A stretch of 64,000 bases of DNA from an uncultured beta proteobacterium (GCA_963781975.1 CAWAHT010000001.1:10327-74326), one strand, 5' to 3'. Shown: positions 27,294 to 39,658, counted from the stretch's first letter. Notes: generated from the letters alone by a model not told the origin. Numbers and translations: made by a program.

Positions 27294-28455
27294 GCGCCAC
27301 GCACAGCGCGACCACCACCAGCGCCGAGGCCTGCCAGCGCGCCAGCACCAGCCAGCCGACGGCCGCGATCAGCACGTCGGACGGCGTGCGCACGGCGCTC
27401 ACCCACACCGGGTCGTAGAGCGCGGCAGCCAGCAGACCGACCACCACCGCGCTGGTGCCGGCGATCGCGCGCGCCGCGCGCGGATGCGCCGCCAGGGCGC
27501 GCCAGTACGGCAGCATGCCGCTGACCAGCAGGAAACCGGGCAGGAAGGTCGCCACCAGCGCAATGGCGGCGCCGGCGGCGCCGCCACCGGGTCCGGGCAG
27601 CAGTGCGCCCAGGTACGCGCAAAGCGCGAACATGGGCCCCGGCACCGCCTGCGCCGCGCCGTACCCGGCCAGGAAATCCGCCGCGGGAATCCAGCCCGGC
27701 TTGACGACCGCATCCTGCAGCAGCGGCAGGACGACGTGACCGCCGCCGAAAGCCAGCGCCCCGGTGCGGAAGAACGCATCGGCATAGCGCAGCGGCCCGG
27801 CAAACAGCGCACCGCCCACCGGCAGGGCGACGAGCAGCACGAAGAAGCTGGCCACGAGGATGGCGCCGCCGCGCCGCCCGTAGCGCAGTTCGAAGGCGCC
27901 GACGGCGCCCGGCTGCACGGCGCGGCACGCGAACGCGCCGATCACGGCGCCCAGGCCGACGACCAGCAGTTGCACCCAGGGCTGGCCCACCAGCAGTACG
28001 ATGGCCGCCGCGCCCAGCGCGATCAGCCGGCGCGTCAGGTCCGGGCACAGCGCGCGGCTCATGCCGACGAGGCCGAACGCCACCACCGCCAGCGCCACCA
28101 GTTTGAGGCCGTGCAGCGCGGCCTGGCCGAGCGCACCGGACAGCAGCGGCACGGCGGCGGCGAAGCCGAAAAGCAGCAATGCCGACGGCAGCGTAAAAGC
28201 GGCGAACGCGGCCAGCGCGCCGGGCCAGCCCGCGCGCAACAGGCCGATGACGAAGCCGAGCTTGCTGCTGCCCGGCCCCGGCAGCGACTGTGCCAGGGTC
28301 AGCAGCTGGCCGAATTCGGCCTCGCTGAGCCAGCGGCGCCGTTCGACGAACTCCCGGCGGAACAGCACGAAGTGCGCGACCGGACCGCCGAATGCCGTCA
28401 GGCCCAGGCGCAAAAAGGCGCCGAAGACCTCGCCGGCGGACGCCCGGCTAGTCAT
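27268..28455 (-). CDS. chrA: Chromate ion transporter (long-chain CHR family)
   Basis: FLRLGLTAFGGPVAH, LPGPGSS, AFTLPS, AFGGGHVVLP, AQAVPGP. Confidence 0.92.
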   Translation of the reverse strand: MTSRASAGEVFGAFLRLGLTAFGGPVAHFVLFRREFVERRRWLSEAEFGQLLTLAQSLPGPGSSKLGFVIGLLRAGWPGALAAFAAFTLPSALLLFGFAAAVPLLSGALGQAALHGLKLVALAVVAFGLVGMSRALCPDLTRRLIALGAAAIVLLVGQPWVQLLVVGLGAVIGAFACRAVQPGAVGAFELRYGRRGGAILVASFFVLLVALPVGGALFAGPLRYADAFFRTGALAFGGGHVVLPLLQDAVVKPGWIPAADFLAGYGAAQAVPGPMFALCAYLGALLPGPGGGAAGAAIALVATFLPGFLLVSGMLPYWRALAAHPRAARAIAGTSAVVVGLLAAALYDPVWVSAVRTPSDVLIAAVGWLVLARWQASALVVVALCVALSMARTLL

Positions 28456-29071
28456 CGCCGGGTGCCGCCGGCCGCAGCGCCTTGACCGCGGCATCGAGCG
28501 CCGCGGTGAGGCGCAGCGCGCTGGCCTTGTCGGTGGCGCCCCCGGCCGGACCCGCCAGCGGCGCGCCGAAGGTGACGCGGATCCGCGGGCGGCGCCACAG
28601 GTGCGCCAGACGCACCGCGTCGGGCCCCTCGTAGTACGCCGGCACGATGGGCGCGGCCGCGCGCAGCGCGATCGTGGCCGCGCCGCGCTTGGCATCGGCT
28701 TCTTCCTGGCCGCGCGTGCCGGCCGGAAAGATCAGCAGCCGCTCGCCGCGCGCAACCAGGCCGATCGCGTGCTTGAGGGTCGCCGGTCCCGGTCGGCCGC
28801 GATCCACGGGAAAGCCGCCGCCCGAGCGCACGAACCAGGACACGACGGGAATGTCGAACAGTTCCTTCTTGGCCATCTGGTGCAGCACGCGCGGATAGGC
28901 CGCATAGCCCACCCACAGCGGGTCGGCCCAGCCGACGTGATTGCAGACCACCACCTGCCCGCCCGCGCCGTCAAGATGCGCGGCACCGCGCACCTCGACC
29001 CGGCCCAGGTGCCGCATCAGCCGGTGCAGCACGCGGATGAAGCGCGGCGGCGTGCGCTCGCCCGGCATCAC
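28448..29071 (-). CDS. Lysophospholipid acyltransferase (PlsC-like)
   Basis: NHVGWAD (HX4D), MAKKELF, PVDRG, IFPAGTR. Confidence 0.88.
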   Translation of the reverse strand: MMPGERTPPRFIRVLHRLMRHLGRVEVRGAAHLDGAGGQVVVCNHVGWADPLWVGYAAYPRVLHQMAKKELFDIPVVSWFVRSGGGFPVDRGRPGPATLKHAIGLVARGERLLIFPAGTRGQEEADAKRGAATIALRAAAPIVPAYYEGPDAVRLAHLWRRPRIRVTFGAPLAGPAGGATDKASALRLTAALDAAVKALRPAAPGDD

Positions 29072-29075
29072 GGCG

Positions 29076-31085
29076 TCAGCGCCGTTCGCTCAGCACGGCG
29101 CGCAGCGCGTCGGCGCTGTCCAGCGGCGGCCGGCAGGCCTGCTGCACGCAGACCAGCGCCGCTGCGCCGTCGCCCGCGTCCGCTTGCGCGCCCGCCGGCA
29201 CGTGCCCGGCCAGCGCCAGCACGCGCCCGGGCATATAGAGTCGGTGGGCCGCGGTGACCAGCGGTGCCGCCAGGTCCGGTCCGCCGAGGAACAGCACGAC
29301 CGCGGGGCCGCCGCGCGCGAACTCCTGCGCCGCCAGCAGGTGGGCAAAGCCGAACGGATTGCGGCGCGCCGCGGCGGCGAAGCGTTCCTGCACGCGCTCG
29401 GCCGAATCGGCGTGACGCGGATTGCCCGTGAACGCATGTGCGCGCCACAGCGCCAGCAGCGCCTCGGACAGGCCGGACGGACAGGCGCTGTCGAACGGCG
29501 CCAGCGGGCGATGGATCAACGGCGCACTGTCGCGCGCGGTGAAGTACAGGCCATCGTGCCAGAAGCGCTCGAGGATGAGGTCGACCAGCTGCAGGCCCCG
29601 CTCCAGGTCGCGCGCCTCGAAGGCCGATTCGTACAGGTCGAACAGGCCGTTGGCCAGGAAGGCGTAATCGTCCAGGAAGCCGGGCACGCCGGCGCGGCCG
29701 TCGCGCCAGGCGCGGCGCACGCCGCCATCGGGACTGCGCAGATGGCGCTCGAGAAAGTCGGCGGCGGCCCGCGCATCGTCAAGATGGCTCTGCACCCCGG
29801 TCGCCTGGAACGCCGCGCACAGGCCCTGGATCATCAGTCCGTTCCAGCCGGTCAGGACGTTCTCGTCGCGCCCCGGGCGCACGCGGCGCGCGCGCGCGTC
29901 GAACAGGCGCGCCCGCAGCGTCTGCAGATGCGCCTCGCCCGCGGCATCGAGCGGCACGCTGCGCTGCAGGACCGAGCGCCCGTGGGTGAAATTGCCGTGC
30001 CGGCTCACGCCGTAGGCGTGGCAGGCGAACAGCGCCTCGTCCGCGCCCAGGACCGCGCGCACCTCGGCGGGGCTCCAGGCGTAGAAGCGGCCCTCTTCGC
30101 CCTCGCTGTCGGCGTCCTCGCTGGCGAAGAAGCCGCCGTCGGGATGGCGCAGATCGCGCCGCACGTAGGCGATGGCGTCCTCGAACACCTGGCGCCAGGC
30201 CGGACGCGGCGCGTGGCGCCAGGCGTCGGCATACAGCTTCACGAGCTGGGCGTTGTCGTACAGCATCTTCTCGAAGTGCGGCACGTCCCAGCGCTCGTCC
30301 ACGCTGTAGCGCGCGAAGCCGCCGCCGAGCTGGTCGTGGATGCCGCCCGCGGCCATGCGGTCGAGGGTGCGCTCCAGCGCGGACTGGATCTGCGGCGCGC
30401 CGGTGCGCCACAGCACGCGCAGCATGAGGTCGTGGCAGCTGACGCTGGGAAACTTCGGCGCGCCGCCCAGGCCGCCGTGCTGCGGATCGGTCTGGCGCGC
30501 GAAGCCCAGGGCGGCATCGAGGGCGGCATCGGTCTCGCGCTGCAGCCCGTCCGCCGCGGCGAGCAACTGGGCGTCGTGGGCCGCCAGGCCATTGCGGAAC
30601 TGCGCGCAGTTCTCGCGCACCTCGTGCTGGCGGCTCTCCCAGGCCATGCGCAGGCCGCGCAGCAGCCGCGGAAAGCCGGGACGCCCCTGGCGGTCCTCCG
30701 GCGGGAAGTAGGTCCCCGCGAAGAACGGCTCCTGCTCCGGCGTCAGGAAGACCGTCAGCGGCCAGCCGCCCGACTGGCCCATCATCTGGATCACGCGCTG
30801 GTACAGGTCGTCGACGTCGGGGCGCTCCTGGCGGTCGACCTTGACGTTGATGAAGCCCTCGTTGAGCTGGGCCGCGATCGCCGGGTCCTCGAAGCACTCG
30901 TGCGCCATCACGTGGCACCAATGGCAGGCGAAGTAGCCGATGGACAGGTGCACCGGCCGGTTGAGCGTGCGCGCCTGCGCGAATGCCTCCTCGCCCCAGG
31001 GGAACCAGTCGACCGGATTGCCGGCGTGCTGCTGCAGATAGGGGGAGGATTCGTGCGCGAGGCGGTTGGGAACGGCGGCGGACAT
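29076..31085 (-). CDS. Thioredoxin-domain/six-hairpin protein, YyaL/SPATA20 (DUF255) family
   Basis: [64 protein letters not shown]. Confidence 0.93.
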   Translation of the reverse strand: MSAAVPNRLAHESSPYLQQHAGNPVDWFPWGEEAFAQARTLNRPVHLSIGYFACHWCHVMAHECFEDPAIAAQLNEGFINVKVDRQERPDVDDLYQRVIQMMGQSGGWPLTVFLTPEQEPFFAGTYFPPEDRQGRPGFPRLLRGLRMAWESRQHEVRENCAQFRNGLAAHDAQLLAAADGLQRETDAALDAALGFARQTDPQHGGLGGAPKFPSVSCHDLMLRVLWRTGAPQIQSALERTLDRMAAGGIHDQLGGGFARYSVDERWDVPHFEKMLYDNAQLVKLYADAWRHAPRPAWRQVFEDAIAYVRRDLRHPDGGFFASEDADSEGEEGRFYAWSPAEVRAVLGADEALFACHAYGVSRHGNFTHGRSVLQRSVPLDAAGEAHLQTLRARLFDARARRVRPGRDENVLTGWNGLMIQGLCAAFQATGVQSHLDDARAAADFLERHLRSPDGGVRRAWRDGRAGVPGFLDDYAFLANGLFDLYESAFEARDLERGLQLVDLILERFWHDGLYFTARDSAPLIHRPLAPFDSACPSGLSEALLALWRAHAFTGNPRHADSAERVQERFAAAARRNPFGFAHLLAAQEFARGGPAVVLFLGGPDLAAPLVTAAHRLYMPGRVLALAGHVPAGAQADAGDGAAALVCVQQACRPPLDSADALRAVLSERR

Positions 31086-31131
31086 GGACGTCTCGGTGGC
31101 GTTGGCGGTGGGGGACGCTGCAGCGGCGGCC

Positions 31132-32634
31132 TCAGAAGCGCCGCCCGCCGCCACCGGGGAACCAGTCGTCCGGATATGGATACCACCAGTCCTGCAGGCG
31201 CGGCCGATGGTCGATCACGACCATCTTGGAGCGCCGGAAGGCGTCCAGCCCCTGGCGCGCGAGTTCGCGCCCCAGGCCCGAGAGCTTCCAGCCGCCGAAA
31301 GGCAGCGCATCGTTGTCGATCAGCGGATTGTTCACCCACACCATCCCCGCCTCGAGCTGCTCGGCCGCCTCCATGGCCTCGTCGAGCGACGTCGTGAACA
31401 CCGACGCGCCCAGGCCGAAGGGGCTGTCGTTGGCCAGGCGCAGCGCGTGCGCGAAATCGGCCACGCGCACCACGCTGGCCACCGGACCGAAGCACTCCTC
31501 GCGCACGATGCGCATCGCGTGCGTGACGCCGGTGAGTATGGTCGGCTCGTAGTACCAGCCGGGGCCCGCATCGGCGGGCACGCGCCCGCCGGTGACCAGC
31601 CGGGCGCCGTGGGCGCGCGCGTCGTCGACCAGCTCCATGACACGGGCGCGCGCCGCGGCGCTCACCAGCGGACCGATCTCGGCGCGCCCCATGCCGTGGC
31701 CGATGCGCAGCGCGCGGGTGCGCGCCGCGAATGCGGCGACGAATTCGTCGTGCACGGCATCGACGACGTACAACCGTTCGGTCGACGTGCAGACCTGGCC
31801 CGAAAGGTGGAACGCTGCGGTCGTGGCGCCCGCCGCGGCGATGTCCAGCGGCGCCCGCGCGGAAATGATCATCGGGTCGCTGCCGCCGGCCTCGATCACG
31901 CAGGGCTTCATGCGCGCCGCCGCCGCGCTCGCCACCGCGCGCGCCGCGGCAACCGACCCGGTGAAGGCGACCGCATGCGTGCGGTCCGATTCGATGAGGG
32001 CCGCGGCGACGTCCGCGCCGCCCGGCAGGCAGGCCAGCAGGCCCTCGGGCAGCGCGGCGAAGCAGTGCATGAACTCGAGGGTGCACAGGGTCGCGGCCGG
32101 CGCCGGCTTGACGATGCAGCCATTGCCCGCCGCCAGCGACGCGGCCACCGTCCAGCACATCAGCAGGACGGGAAAGTTGAACGGCTGGATATGGACGCTG
32201 ACGCCCAGTGCGTCGTAGCGCGCGTACTGGAACGAGCCGCTTTGCGTGCTGCCCGCCACCTTGCCGCCGTCGTCGCGCGCCAGTTCGGCGTAGTAGCGGA
32301 ACACGGAGGCGCAATTGGCCAGCTCGCCCAGCGCCTCCGGATACGGCTTGCCCATTTCGCGCGTCATGGTCTCGGCACAGCGGGCGGCGTCCCAGGTTTC
32401 GATCGCCTGCGCCACGGCGTGCAGCACGCGGGCGCGCGCCCGCGCGTCCTGGCGCTTCCACTGGCGCTGCGCCGCCTGGACCGCCGTCAGCGCCGCGTCG
32501 ATCTCGGCGGGCGTCGCACCGGCCCAGCGGCCCACGGCCGCGCCGCTGCCCGGATCGTGCGCCAGCGTGGCGGCGCCGCCGGCCGCCGGGAAATGCGGGT
32601 GGATGAAATAGCGCGGTTCGCGGTCGTCGAACAT
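31132..32634 (-). CDS. NAD(P)-dependent aldehyde dehydrogenase
   Basis: [46 protein letters not shown]. Confidence 0.93.
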   Translation of the reverse strand: MFDDREPRYFIHPHFPAAGGAATLAHDPGSGAAVGRWAGATPAEIDAALTAVQAAQRQWKRQDARARARVLHAVAQAIETWDAARCAETMTREMGKPYPEALGELANCASVFRYYAELARDDGGKVAGSTQSGSFQYARYDALGVSVHIQPFNFPVLLMCWTVAASLAAGNGCIVKPAPAATLCTLEFMHCFAALPEGLLACLPGGADVAAALIESDRTHAVAFTGSVAAARAVASAAAARMKPCVIEAGGSDPMIISARAPLDIAAAGATTAAFHLSGQVCTSTERLYVVDAVHDEFVAAFAARTRALRIGHGMGRAEIGPLVSAAARARVMELVDDARAHGARLVTGGRVPADAGPGWYYEPTILTGVTHAMRIVREECFGPVASVVRVADFAHALRLANDSPFGLGASVFTTSLDEAMEAAEQLEAGMVWVNNPLIDNDALPFGGWKLSGLGRELARQGLDAFRRSKMVVIDHRPRLQDWWYPYPDDWFPGGGGRRF

Positions 32635-32681
32635 CGGGGCGGTCGGTTCAGGTTCGGGTCAGGGCGCGACGATTGCGGCCA

Positions 32682-33026
32682 TCAGCGGATCATGTAGACC
32701 TTGGTGACGGTCTCATGCACCGTGCATACGCCCTTCCAGTCGCGCGCGAAGAACGCGGCCGTGTCCGGCGTGATCTCGACGACTTCGCCGTTCTCGTGCA
32801 CGTAGGTGGCGCGGCCGGCGAGGAAATGGCAGAACTCGTCGCGCGTCACGTGGCAGAACCACTTTCCCGGCGTGCAGCGCCAGATGCCGCACTCGGACTG
32901 CCCCTCGGGTCCCTTGTATAGCAGCTTGCCCGAGGTCCGCGAGCGGCCCTCGAGCATCGTCGGGATATCGCCCCAGTCGACCAGGTCGGTGTGTTCCAGG
33001 GGGTTGCGCAGCACAGGGGTCGTCAT
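32682..33026 (-). CDS. Cupin (DUF861/EutQ-like)
   Basis: SECGIWRCTPGKW..RDEFCHFLAG..WKGVCTVHETVTKVY. Confidence 0.9.
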   Translation of the reverse strand: MTTPVLRNPLEHTDLVDWGDIPTMLEGRSRTSGKLLYKGPEGQSECGIWRCTPGKWFCHVTRDEFCHFLAGRATYVHENGEVVEITPDTAAFFARDWKGVCTVHETVTKVYMIR

Positions 33027-33044
33027 CGGGTCTCCGGCGAAATG

Positions 33045-33407
33045 CTAGGTGAGGATGTAGGTGTTGCGGATCGTTTCCAGCACGGTGCACTCGCCGCGCC
33101 AGCCGGCCGGGAACAGCACCACCGTGCCGGCGGCGACGTCGATGCCTTCGCCGTCGTCGTGCCGGTAGACGGCGCGGCCGGCGACGAAGTGGCACAACTC
33201 GTCGCGCGGGATGTGCAGGCGCCAGCGTCCCGGCGTGCACACCCAGACGCCGGCCTCGGGGCGGTTGTCCGGCCCCTTGAACACCAGGCGCCCGCTCGAG
33301 CGGGACTGGCCCGCGAGCGCGTCGGGCTGCAGGCCCCAGTCGAGCAGGTCGCTGCGCGTCGATGCCGCATGCAGGCGCGGCACCGTGGTGGCGGCTTCAG
33401 CGCCCAC
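33045..33407 (-). CDS. Cupin (DUF861/EutQ-like), second paralogue
   Basis: PEAGVWVCTPGRW..RDELCHFVAG..FPAGWRGECTVLETIRNTY; start uncertain. Confidence 0.88.
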   Translation of the reverse strand: MGAEAATTVPRLHAASTRSDLLDWGLQPDALAGQSRSSGRLVFKGPDNRPEAGVWVCTPGRWRLHIPRDELCHFVAGRAVYRHDDGEGIDVAAGTVVLFPAGWRGECTVLETIRNTYILT

Positions 33408-34695
33408 GCGCGGCCTCCGCACCCAGCAGGCCGTCGAGCAGGCGCGCCGCCTTGGCCGGCCCGTTGTGCGCCTGCATGTGCGCGCTGATGCGGTCCAGGC
33501 GCTGGCGCAGCGCGGTGTCCAGCAGGCAGTCGGCGAGGCGCTGCGCCAGCTGGGCGTCGGTCCAGCCGTAGCGGTCGAGATGGAAGCCGTGGCCGGTCTC
33601 CTGGATCCGGGTCGCGTTGTCGTGACCGTCCCAGACGTACGGCATGATGATCGACGGCTTGCCGAAATACAGGCACTCGGTGAACGAATTGTTGCCGCCG
33701 TGGTGGATCACCGCGTCGACCAGCGGGATGACCGATGGCTGGGGAAACCAGCTGTCGATGATCACGTTGTCGGGGACCGCGGCGTATTGGTCGCGATAAC
33801 CGCCCACGTTGACCAGCGCGCGGTAGGGCAGTCGGCCGAGCGCGCCGATCAGCCGCTGCAGCAACTCGACGTCGCCGGCGCCCAGGCTGCCGAAGGACAC
33901 GTACAGCAGGGGGGCGTTCTCGTGGCGCGCGAAGCGCGGCACCACGTAGGGCTTTTCGGCGCGCACGCAACCCTCGAGGTACTGGAAGCGTCGCGGCGGC
34001 AGCGGCTGCGCGCGTGCGTAGCGCAGCGGCTCCGGGTACAGCAGCAGGTTCAGGTACGGCGAAGCCTCGAAGAACTGTCCCGGCGGATAGCGCGCTTCGC
34101 CGTTGGCCGCCAGGAAGGCGTTGAAGTCGTCATGGATCGGTCGTATGACTTCCTCGAAGCGGGCGCGAAAGCGCGCATGGCAGGCGCGGTCGGACTGCCC
34201 GCAGCCGGACAGGTGCGGCGGTATGGCCGGATCCTCGATCTCGTTCTCGGAGCACGAGATGATCCGCACCCAGGGCTTGCCGAACTGCTTGATGGCGGGA
34301 AACAGGATCACGTTGTCGACGCAGACCAGGTCCGGGCGCACGCGCGCCAGCACGCCCGGCAGGTCCTTTTGCGCCCACTTCGCGCTGTCGACGATGGCGG
34401 TCCAGCAGTCCTTGACGTAGTTGTCGATCTGCTCGTACGGCGACTTGCGGAAATTGGGGATGTGGCCGTTGATGAAATCCTCCCAGAACCGCGCCATCTG
34501 TTCCGGCGGCATCGGCGCCGACAGGCAGACCGGATGCGCCTCGAAGCCGTAGTCGCGATACACGTCGAGGAAACCGGGGTCCGACAGGAACACGGGCCGA
34601 TGGCCCAGCGCCTGCGCCGCCTGGGCGATGCCGACGGAATTGAGCGCCGGCCCATAGGCGGCTTCGGGAAAGAATGCGATGGTCGAGGGGGCCAT
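33397..34695 (-). CDS. GT-B fold glycosyltransferase, GT1/MGT-like
   Basis: [40 protein letters not shown] (UDPGT signature variant). Confidence 0.88.
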   Translation of the reverse strand: MAPSTIAFFPEAAYGPALNSVGIAQAAQALGHRPVFLSDPGFLDVYRDYGFEAHPVCLSAPMPPEQMARFWEDFINGHIPNFRKSPYEQIDNYVKDCWTAIVDSAKWAQKDLPGVLARVRPDLVCVDNVILFPAIKQFGKPWVRIISCSENEIEDPAIPPHLSGCGQSDRACHARFRARFEEVIRPIHDDFNAFLAANGEARYPPGQFFEASPYLNLLLYPEPLRYARAQPLPPRRFQYLEGCVRAEKPYVVPRFARHENAPLLYVSFGSLGAGDVELLQRLIGALGRLPYRALVNVGGYRDQYAAVPDNVIIDSWFPQPSVIPLVDAVIHHGGNNSFTECLYFGKPSIIMPYVWDGHDNATRIQETGHGFHLDRYGWTDAQLAQRLADCLLDTALRQRLDRISAHMQAHNGPAKAARLLDGLLGAEAARGR

Positions 34696-34819
34696 GCGGC
34701 GGACTCCGCTTCAGTGGCGACGCGATCGCCGCGGCGACGATTTTCTCGGATAATAGTTCATGGACATGCAACGTCGCGCGCCAGCGCGGGCCAACGGGTG
34801 CCGGCGCGGTCGCGGCGGA

Positions 34820-35593
34820 ATGCGCATCGCCGCGGCCGGCGTTGCCATGCTGTGCGCGCTGGGCGGCGCGGCCTGCCATGGCGCCGAGGTGGCGGTGGCC
34901 GTGGCGGCCAATTTTCGTGCGCCGTTCGAGGTACTCGCCGCCGACTTCGCGCGCCGCAGCGGCCATCGCGTCGTTGCCGCCTACGGCTCGACCGGCAAGT
35001 TCTACGCGCAGATCCGCAACGGTGCGCCCTTCGCCGTCCTGCTGGCCGCCGACAGCGCCACGCCACAGCGCCTGGAGCGCGACGGCGCGGCCGTCCCGGG
35101 CAGCCGCTTCACGTATGCGTTCGGCGCACTGGTGTTGTGGAGCGCGCAGCCGGGCCTGGTCGATGCGCAAGGCGCGGTGCTGCGCACGGCGGCCGCGGGC
35201 GAGCCGCCGGTGCGCCTGGCGCTGGCCGACCCGGCTCTGGCGCCCTACGGCGCTGCCGCGCTGCAGGCACTGCGCGCCCTGGGACTGGATCAGGCCTGGC
35301 GCCCGCGCCTGGTGCAGGGCGAGGACATCACCCAGGCGTACCAGTTCGTGGCGAGCGGCAATGCGGCCCTCGGCTTCGTCGCCCGCTCCCAGGTGTTTGC
35401 CGACGGCGCGCTGCTGCGTGGCTCGGCCTGGGTCGTGCCGCAGGAGCTGTACGCGCCGATCCGCCAGGACGCGGTGCTGCTGGCTGCCGGGCGCGGCAAT
35501 GCGGCGGCCGTCGACCTGCTGCAGTTCCTGCGCGGCGCCGAGGCCCGCGCGCGCATGGCCGCCTTCGGCTACCGCACCGAGCCCGCCCCATGA
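34820..35593 (+). CDS. modA: Molybdate ABC transporter periplasmic binding protein
   Basis: [47 protein letters not shown]. Confidence 0.93.
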   Translation: MRIAAAGVAMLCALGGAACHGAEVAVAVAANFRAPFEVLAADFARRSGHRVVAAYGSTGKFYAQIRNGAPFAVLLAADSATPQRLERDGAAVPGSRFTYAFGALVLWSAQPGLVDAQGAVLRTAAAGEPPVRLALADPALAPYGAAALQALRALGLDQAWRPRLVQGEDITQAYQFVASGNAALGFVARSQVFADGALLRGSAWVVPQELYAPIRQDAVLLAAGRGNAAAVDLLQFLRGAEARARMAAFGYRTEPAP

Positions 35594-35624
35594 GCGCCGC
35601 GATGCGTCGCAGCCGCCGGCGCGC

Positions 35625-36314
35625 ATGAACATCGCCGCGGACGACTGGGCCGCCATCCGCCTCAGCCTGGCGCTGGCGGGGGTCACCACGGTGCTGCTGC
35701 TATTGATCGGCACACCGCTGGCGTGGTGGCTGGCGCGCGGGCGCTCGCGCTGGCGCCATCCGGTGGGCGCGCTGGTGACGCTGCCGCTGGTGCTGCCGCC
35801 CACGGTACTGGGCTTCTACCTGCTGCTGCTGCTGGGCCCCGACGGGCCCGGCGGCCGCCTGACGCAGGCGCTGGGCCTGGGACTGCTGCCGTTTCACTTT
35901 TCCGGGCTGGTGTTCGGCTCGGTGCTGTACTCCATGCCGTTCGTGGTGCAGCCCATCCGCAATGCGTTCACCGCGATCGGCCAGCGCCCGCTGGAAGTTG
36001 CGGCCTGCCTGGGCGCGGGTCCGCTGGACGCGTTCCTGCGCGTCGCGCTGCCGCTGGCGCGCCCCGGGCTGCTGGCCGCGGCGCTGCTGGGATTTGCCCA
36101 CACGCTGGGCGAGTTCGGCGTCGTGCTCATGATCGGCGGCAACATTCCCGGCGCCACCCAGGTGCTGTCGATGCAGATCTACAACCACGTCGAGGCGCTC
36201 GAATACCCGCAGGCGCACGCGCTGGCGGCCGGCCTGCTGCTGGCCGCCTTCCTGGCCCTGCTGGTGCTCTATCGCCGCGACCGGCGCCCGGACGACGCGG
36301 TCGGGGTGCCCTGA
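35625..36314 (+). CDS. modB: Molybdate ABC transporter permease
   Basis: [35 protein letters not shown]. Confidence 0.95.
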   Translation: MNIAADDWAAIRLSLALAGVTTVLLLLIGTPLAWWLARGRSRWRHPVGALVTLPLVLPPTVLGFYLLLLLGPDGPGGRLTQALGLGLLPFHFSGLVFGSVLYSMPFVVQPIRNAFTAIGQRPLEVAACLGAGPLDAFLRVALPLARPGLLAAALLGFAHTLGEFGVVLMIGGNIPGATQVLSMQIYNHVEALEYPQAHALAAGLLLAAFLALLVLYRRDRRPDDAVGVP

Positions 36315-36315
36315 G

Positions 36316-37425
36316 GTGCTGCGCGCGCAACTGCGCCTCGCGCTGCCCGGCTTCGCGCTCGACGCGACGTTCGAGGCGCCGGCCAGCGGCGTGACGGCGC
36401 TGTTCGGGCCCTCCGGCGCCGGCAAGACCCGCCTGCTGCGGGCACTGGCCGGGCTCGAACCGCGGGCCCGCGGCACGGTGCAATTCGCCGACAGCCTCTG
36501 GCAGGACGACGCGCGGCGCATCTTCGTGCCGACCCATCGGCGGGCGCTGGGGTTCGTCTTCCAGGAGCCGGGCCTCTTTGCCCACCTGAGCGTGCGCGAC
36601 AACCTCGACTTCGGCATGCGCCGTACGCCGCCGCCGCGGCGCACGGTGGCCTGGGAGCGGGCCATCGCGCTGGTCGACGTTGGTCCGCTGCTGGCGCGCA
36701 GCGTCGGCGCGCTCTCCGGCGGCGAGCGCCAGCGCGTCGCCATCGCCCGCGCGCTGCTGGCCAGCCCGCGCCTGCTGCTGCTCGACGAGCCGCTGGCCGC
36801 GCTCGACTTGCCGCGCAAGCGCGAACTGCTGGGCACGCTGGCGCGGCTGCAGCGCGAACTGCGCATTCCGATGCTGTACGTGAGCCACCACGTCGACGAG
36901 ATCGCGGCGCTGGCCGACCACCTGGTGCTGCTGCGCGCCGGCACCGTGCTGGCCAGCGGTCCGCTGGCGGCGACGCTCGCCCGCACCGACCTGCCGGTCG
37001 CCGACGACGAGGACCTGGGCGTCGTGATCGATACCCGGGTGGCCAGCCACGATGCGCGCTTTCACCTGGCGCAATTGCGCTTCGCCGGTGGCGCCATCCA
37101 TGTTCCCAGCGGCGCGCTGGCTGCCGGCACCGCGGTGCGCATTCGCATCCCGGCGCGCGACGTGAGCCTGGCGCTCAGCGCCCATGCCGACAGCAGCATC
37201 CTCAACCGCATCGCCGCCACCGTCGTGGCGATCCACGACCTGCCCAACCCGGCCAATGTCCTGGTGCGCCTCGATGCCGGCGGCGTCGCCCTGCTGGCGC
37301 GCATCACGCACCGCTCGCGGGAACAGTTGCACCTGGCGCCGGGCAGCGCCGTCTGGGCCCAGGTAAAGAGCGCCGCGCTCATCGAAACCGTGCCGGCGCC
37401 GGACGCGCCGCCGGCGGCGCCCTAG
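36316..37425 (+). CDS. modC: Molybdate ABC transporter ATPase with TOBE domain
   Basis: GPSGAGKT, LSGGERQRVAIARAL, LDEP, ARDVSL..SSILN, WAQVKS. Confidence 0.95.
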   Translation: MLRAQLRLALPGFALDATFEAPASGVTALFGPSGAGKTRLLRALAGLEPRARGTVQFADSLWQDDARRIFVPTHRRALGFVFQEPGLFAHLSVRDNLDFGMRRTPPPRRTVAWERAIALVDVGPLLARSVGALSGGERQRVAIARALLASPRLLLLDEPLAALDLPRKRELLGTLARLQRELRIPMLYVSHHVDEIAALADHLVLLRAGTVLASGPLAATLARTDLPVADDEDLGVVIDTRVASHDARFHLAQLRFAGGAIHVPSGALAAGTAVRIRIPARDVSLALSAHADSSILNRIAATVVAIHDLPNPANVLVRLDAGGVALLARITHRSREQLHLAPGSAVWAQVKSAALIETVPAPDAPPAAP

Positions 37426-37623
37426 GCCGGACCGCGGGGGGGGGGCGACGCGGCGGCCGCCGCGCGCCCCGGCGCGGCCTCATCCGCCCCGGCTCCCGGG
37501 CATGCGGGGCGCCATGGCGGCGGCGGGGATTATTGCTGCGACGCCGGGCGCGGTAGGCTATTCTTGGGTATTGCCGGGATGGCCCGGAATTCAGCGCGCA
37601 AGGCGAGGGGCAAGGGAACCGAC

Positions 37624-38094
37624 ATGAATGCCGATTCCGCACGGCAACCGGAAATGACGCAACTGGTCGTGGCCTTCCTGGGCCTCGTCGTCGCCACCAG
37701 TTCGCTCGAAGGCATCTGGTACCTGGGCATCGCCGAAGGCCTGTACCAGTCGAAGATCGGCCTGCTGATGAACCTGCAGTTCGACGTCTTCGTCGCGGTG
37801 CTGTTCTACCTCTTCTATTCGCTCGGGGCCATCATCTTTGCCCTGTTCCCGGCGCTGCAGGCCGGTTCGTGGAGGCGCGCGGTGCGCGGCGGCGCGCTCT
37901 ACGGCTTCTTCTGCTTTTCGGCCCACAATCTCACCGACCTGGCCGACGTCAAGGGCTTTTCGTGGGAGATCACGGTGATCGACATCGCCTGGGGCACCGG
38001 CATGACGGCCGTGGCCTGCCTGCTGGCCTACCGACTGGCGCGCTGCGTGCGGCGCCAGCCGGCCTCGAACCTGCCCACCGCCCAACCGCACTGA
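37624..38094 (+). CDS. DUF2177-like membrane protein
   Basis: Multiple TM segments; GALYGF..NLTDLA..IDIAWGT resembles the DUF2177 motif. Confidence 0.72.
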   Translation: MNADSARQPEMTQLVVAFLGLVVATSSLEGIWYLGIAEGLYQSKIGLLMNLQFDVFVAVLFYLFYSLGAIIFALFPALQAGSWRRAVRGGALYGFFCFSAHNLTDLADVKGFSWEITVIDIAWGTGMTAVACLLAYRLARCVRRQPASNLPTAQPH

Positions 38095-38174
38095 CGCCCG
38101 CCGGGCGGCGCCCGGGCGCGACCGCCGGCATCGGCGCGGCGCGCGCGGCGGGCGGCAACAGGAGCCTCCAACCG

Positions 38175-39636
38175 ATGCAAGGATCCACCGGGATCGATCT
38201 CGTGATTTTCGGCGGAACGGGCGATCTGGCGATGCGCAAGCTGCTGCCCGCGCTCTTCCACGTCCATGGCGACGGCCTGTTGCCGGCCGGCGCCCGCATC
38301 GTCGGCGTGGCGCGGGAAACCCTGGATCCGGACGGCTACCGCGCGCTGGCGCGCCAGCAAGGCGAGATCCACCTGGGCAAGGACTTCGACGCCGAGCGCT
38401 GGAACGGCTTTGCCGCGCACCTGGACTACTGCGCCATCGACGCCCGCGAGCCCGCCAGCTACCGCGCGCTGGCAGCGCGCCTGCAGGGGCGCGACGCGCT
38501 GGACCGGGTCTTCTACCTGTCGACCGCGCCGTCGCTGTTCGCCGACATCTGCCGCCACCTGCACGACGCCGGGCTGATCAGCCCGCGCTCGCGCGTCGTG
38601 CTGGAAAAGCCCCTGGGTCACGACCTGGCGTCGTCGCGCGAAATCAACGACCAGGTCGGCGACGATTCTTCCACGAGCGCCAGATCTACCGCATCGATCA
38701 CTACCTGGGCAAGGAGCCGGTGCAGAACCTGCTGGCGCTGCGCTTCGGCAACATGCTGTTCGAGCCGCTGTGGCGGCGCGAGTGCGTGCGCGACGTCCAG
38801 ATCACGGTGGCCGAGGACCTGGGCGTGGAGGCGCGCGGCGATTTCTACGACAACACCGGCGCGCTGCGCGACATGGTGCAGAAGCCACCTGCTGCAGCTG
38901 CTTTGCATCGTCGCGATGGAGCCGCCGGCCTCGATCATCGGCCGACGTCGTGCGCGACGAAAAGCTCAAGGTCCTGCGCGCGCTGCGGCCCATCGATGCG
39001 CGCCGACGTCGCCGCCAAGACCGTGCGCGGCCAGTATCGCGCCGGCGCCATCGAGGGCCAGCCGGTGCCCGGCTACTCGAGGAGGACGACGTGCCGCCCG
39101 ACAGCCGCACCGAGACCTTCGTGGCGCTCAAGGCCGAGATCGACAACTGGCGCTGGGCCGGCGTGCCGTTCTTCCTGCGCACCGGCAAGCGCATGCAGGA
39201 GAAGCTGGCCGAGATCGTCATCAACTTCCGTGCGCCGCCGCTGGCGATGTTCGACACGCCGTTCGCCAGCGCCGCCAACCGCATGGTGATCCGCATGCAG
39301 CCGGAGGAGACGGTCGAGATGTACCTGCTTGCCAAGCAACCCGGCGACGACCTGACGTTGCGGCCGGTCTGCCTGAACCTGGACCTGGCGGAGACGTTCC
39401 GCTCGCGGCGCCTGGAAGCGTACGAACGGCTGCTCATGGACGTGATGCGCGGCAACCTCACCTTGTTCGTGCGCGGCGACGAGCAGGAGGCGGCGTGGTC
39501 GTGGGTCGAACCCATCATGGAAGCCTGGCAGGCCTCGAGCGACCGGCCCAAGCTGTATACGGCCGGCACCTGGGGACCGGCGGCATCCAACACGCTGCTG
39601 TCGAGCAGCGGCCTGCACTGGCACGAGGAAGTCTGA
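38175..39636 (+). CDS. zwf: Glucose-6-phosphate 1-dehydrogenase; frameshifts about 38660-39080
   Basis: [60 protein letters not shown]. Confidence 0.93.
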
Positions 39637-39658
39637 GCGCGAGAAAGCACGGATCCGC

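Noticed and set aside
37436-37445. Poly-G tract after modC as a phase-variation site
   Set aside because: Intergenic and GC-rich, with no evident promoter spacing affected; homopolymer length is unreliable in this assembly.
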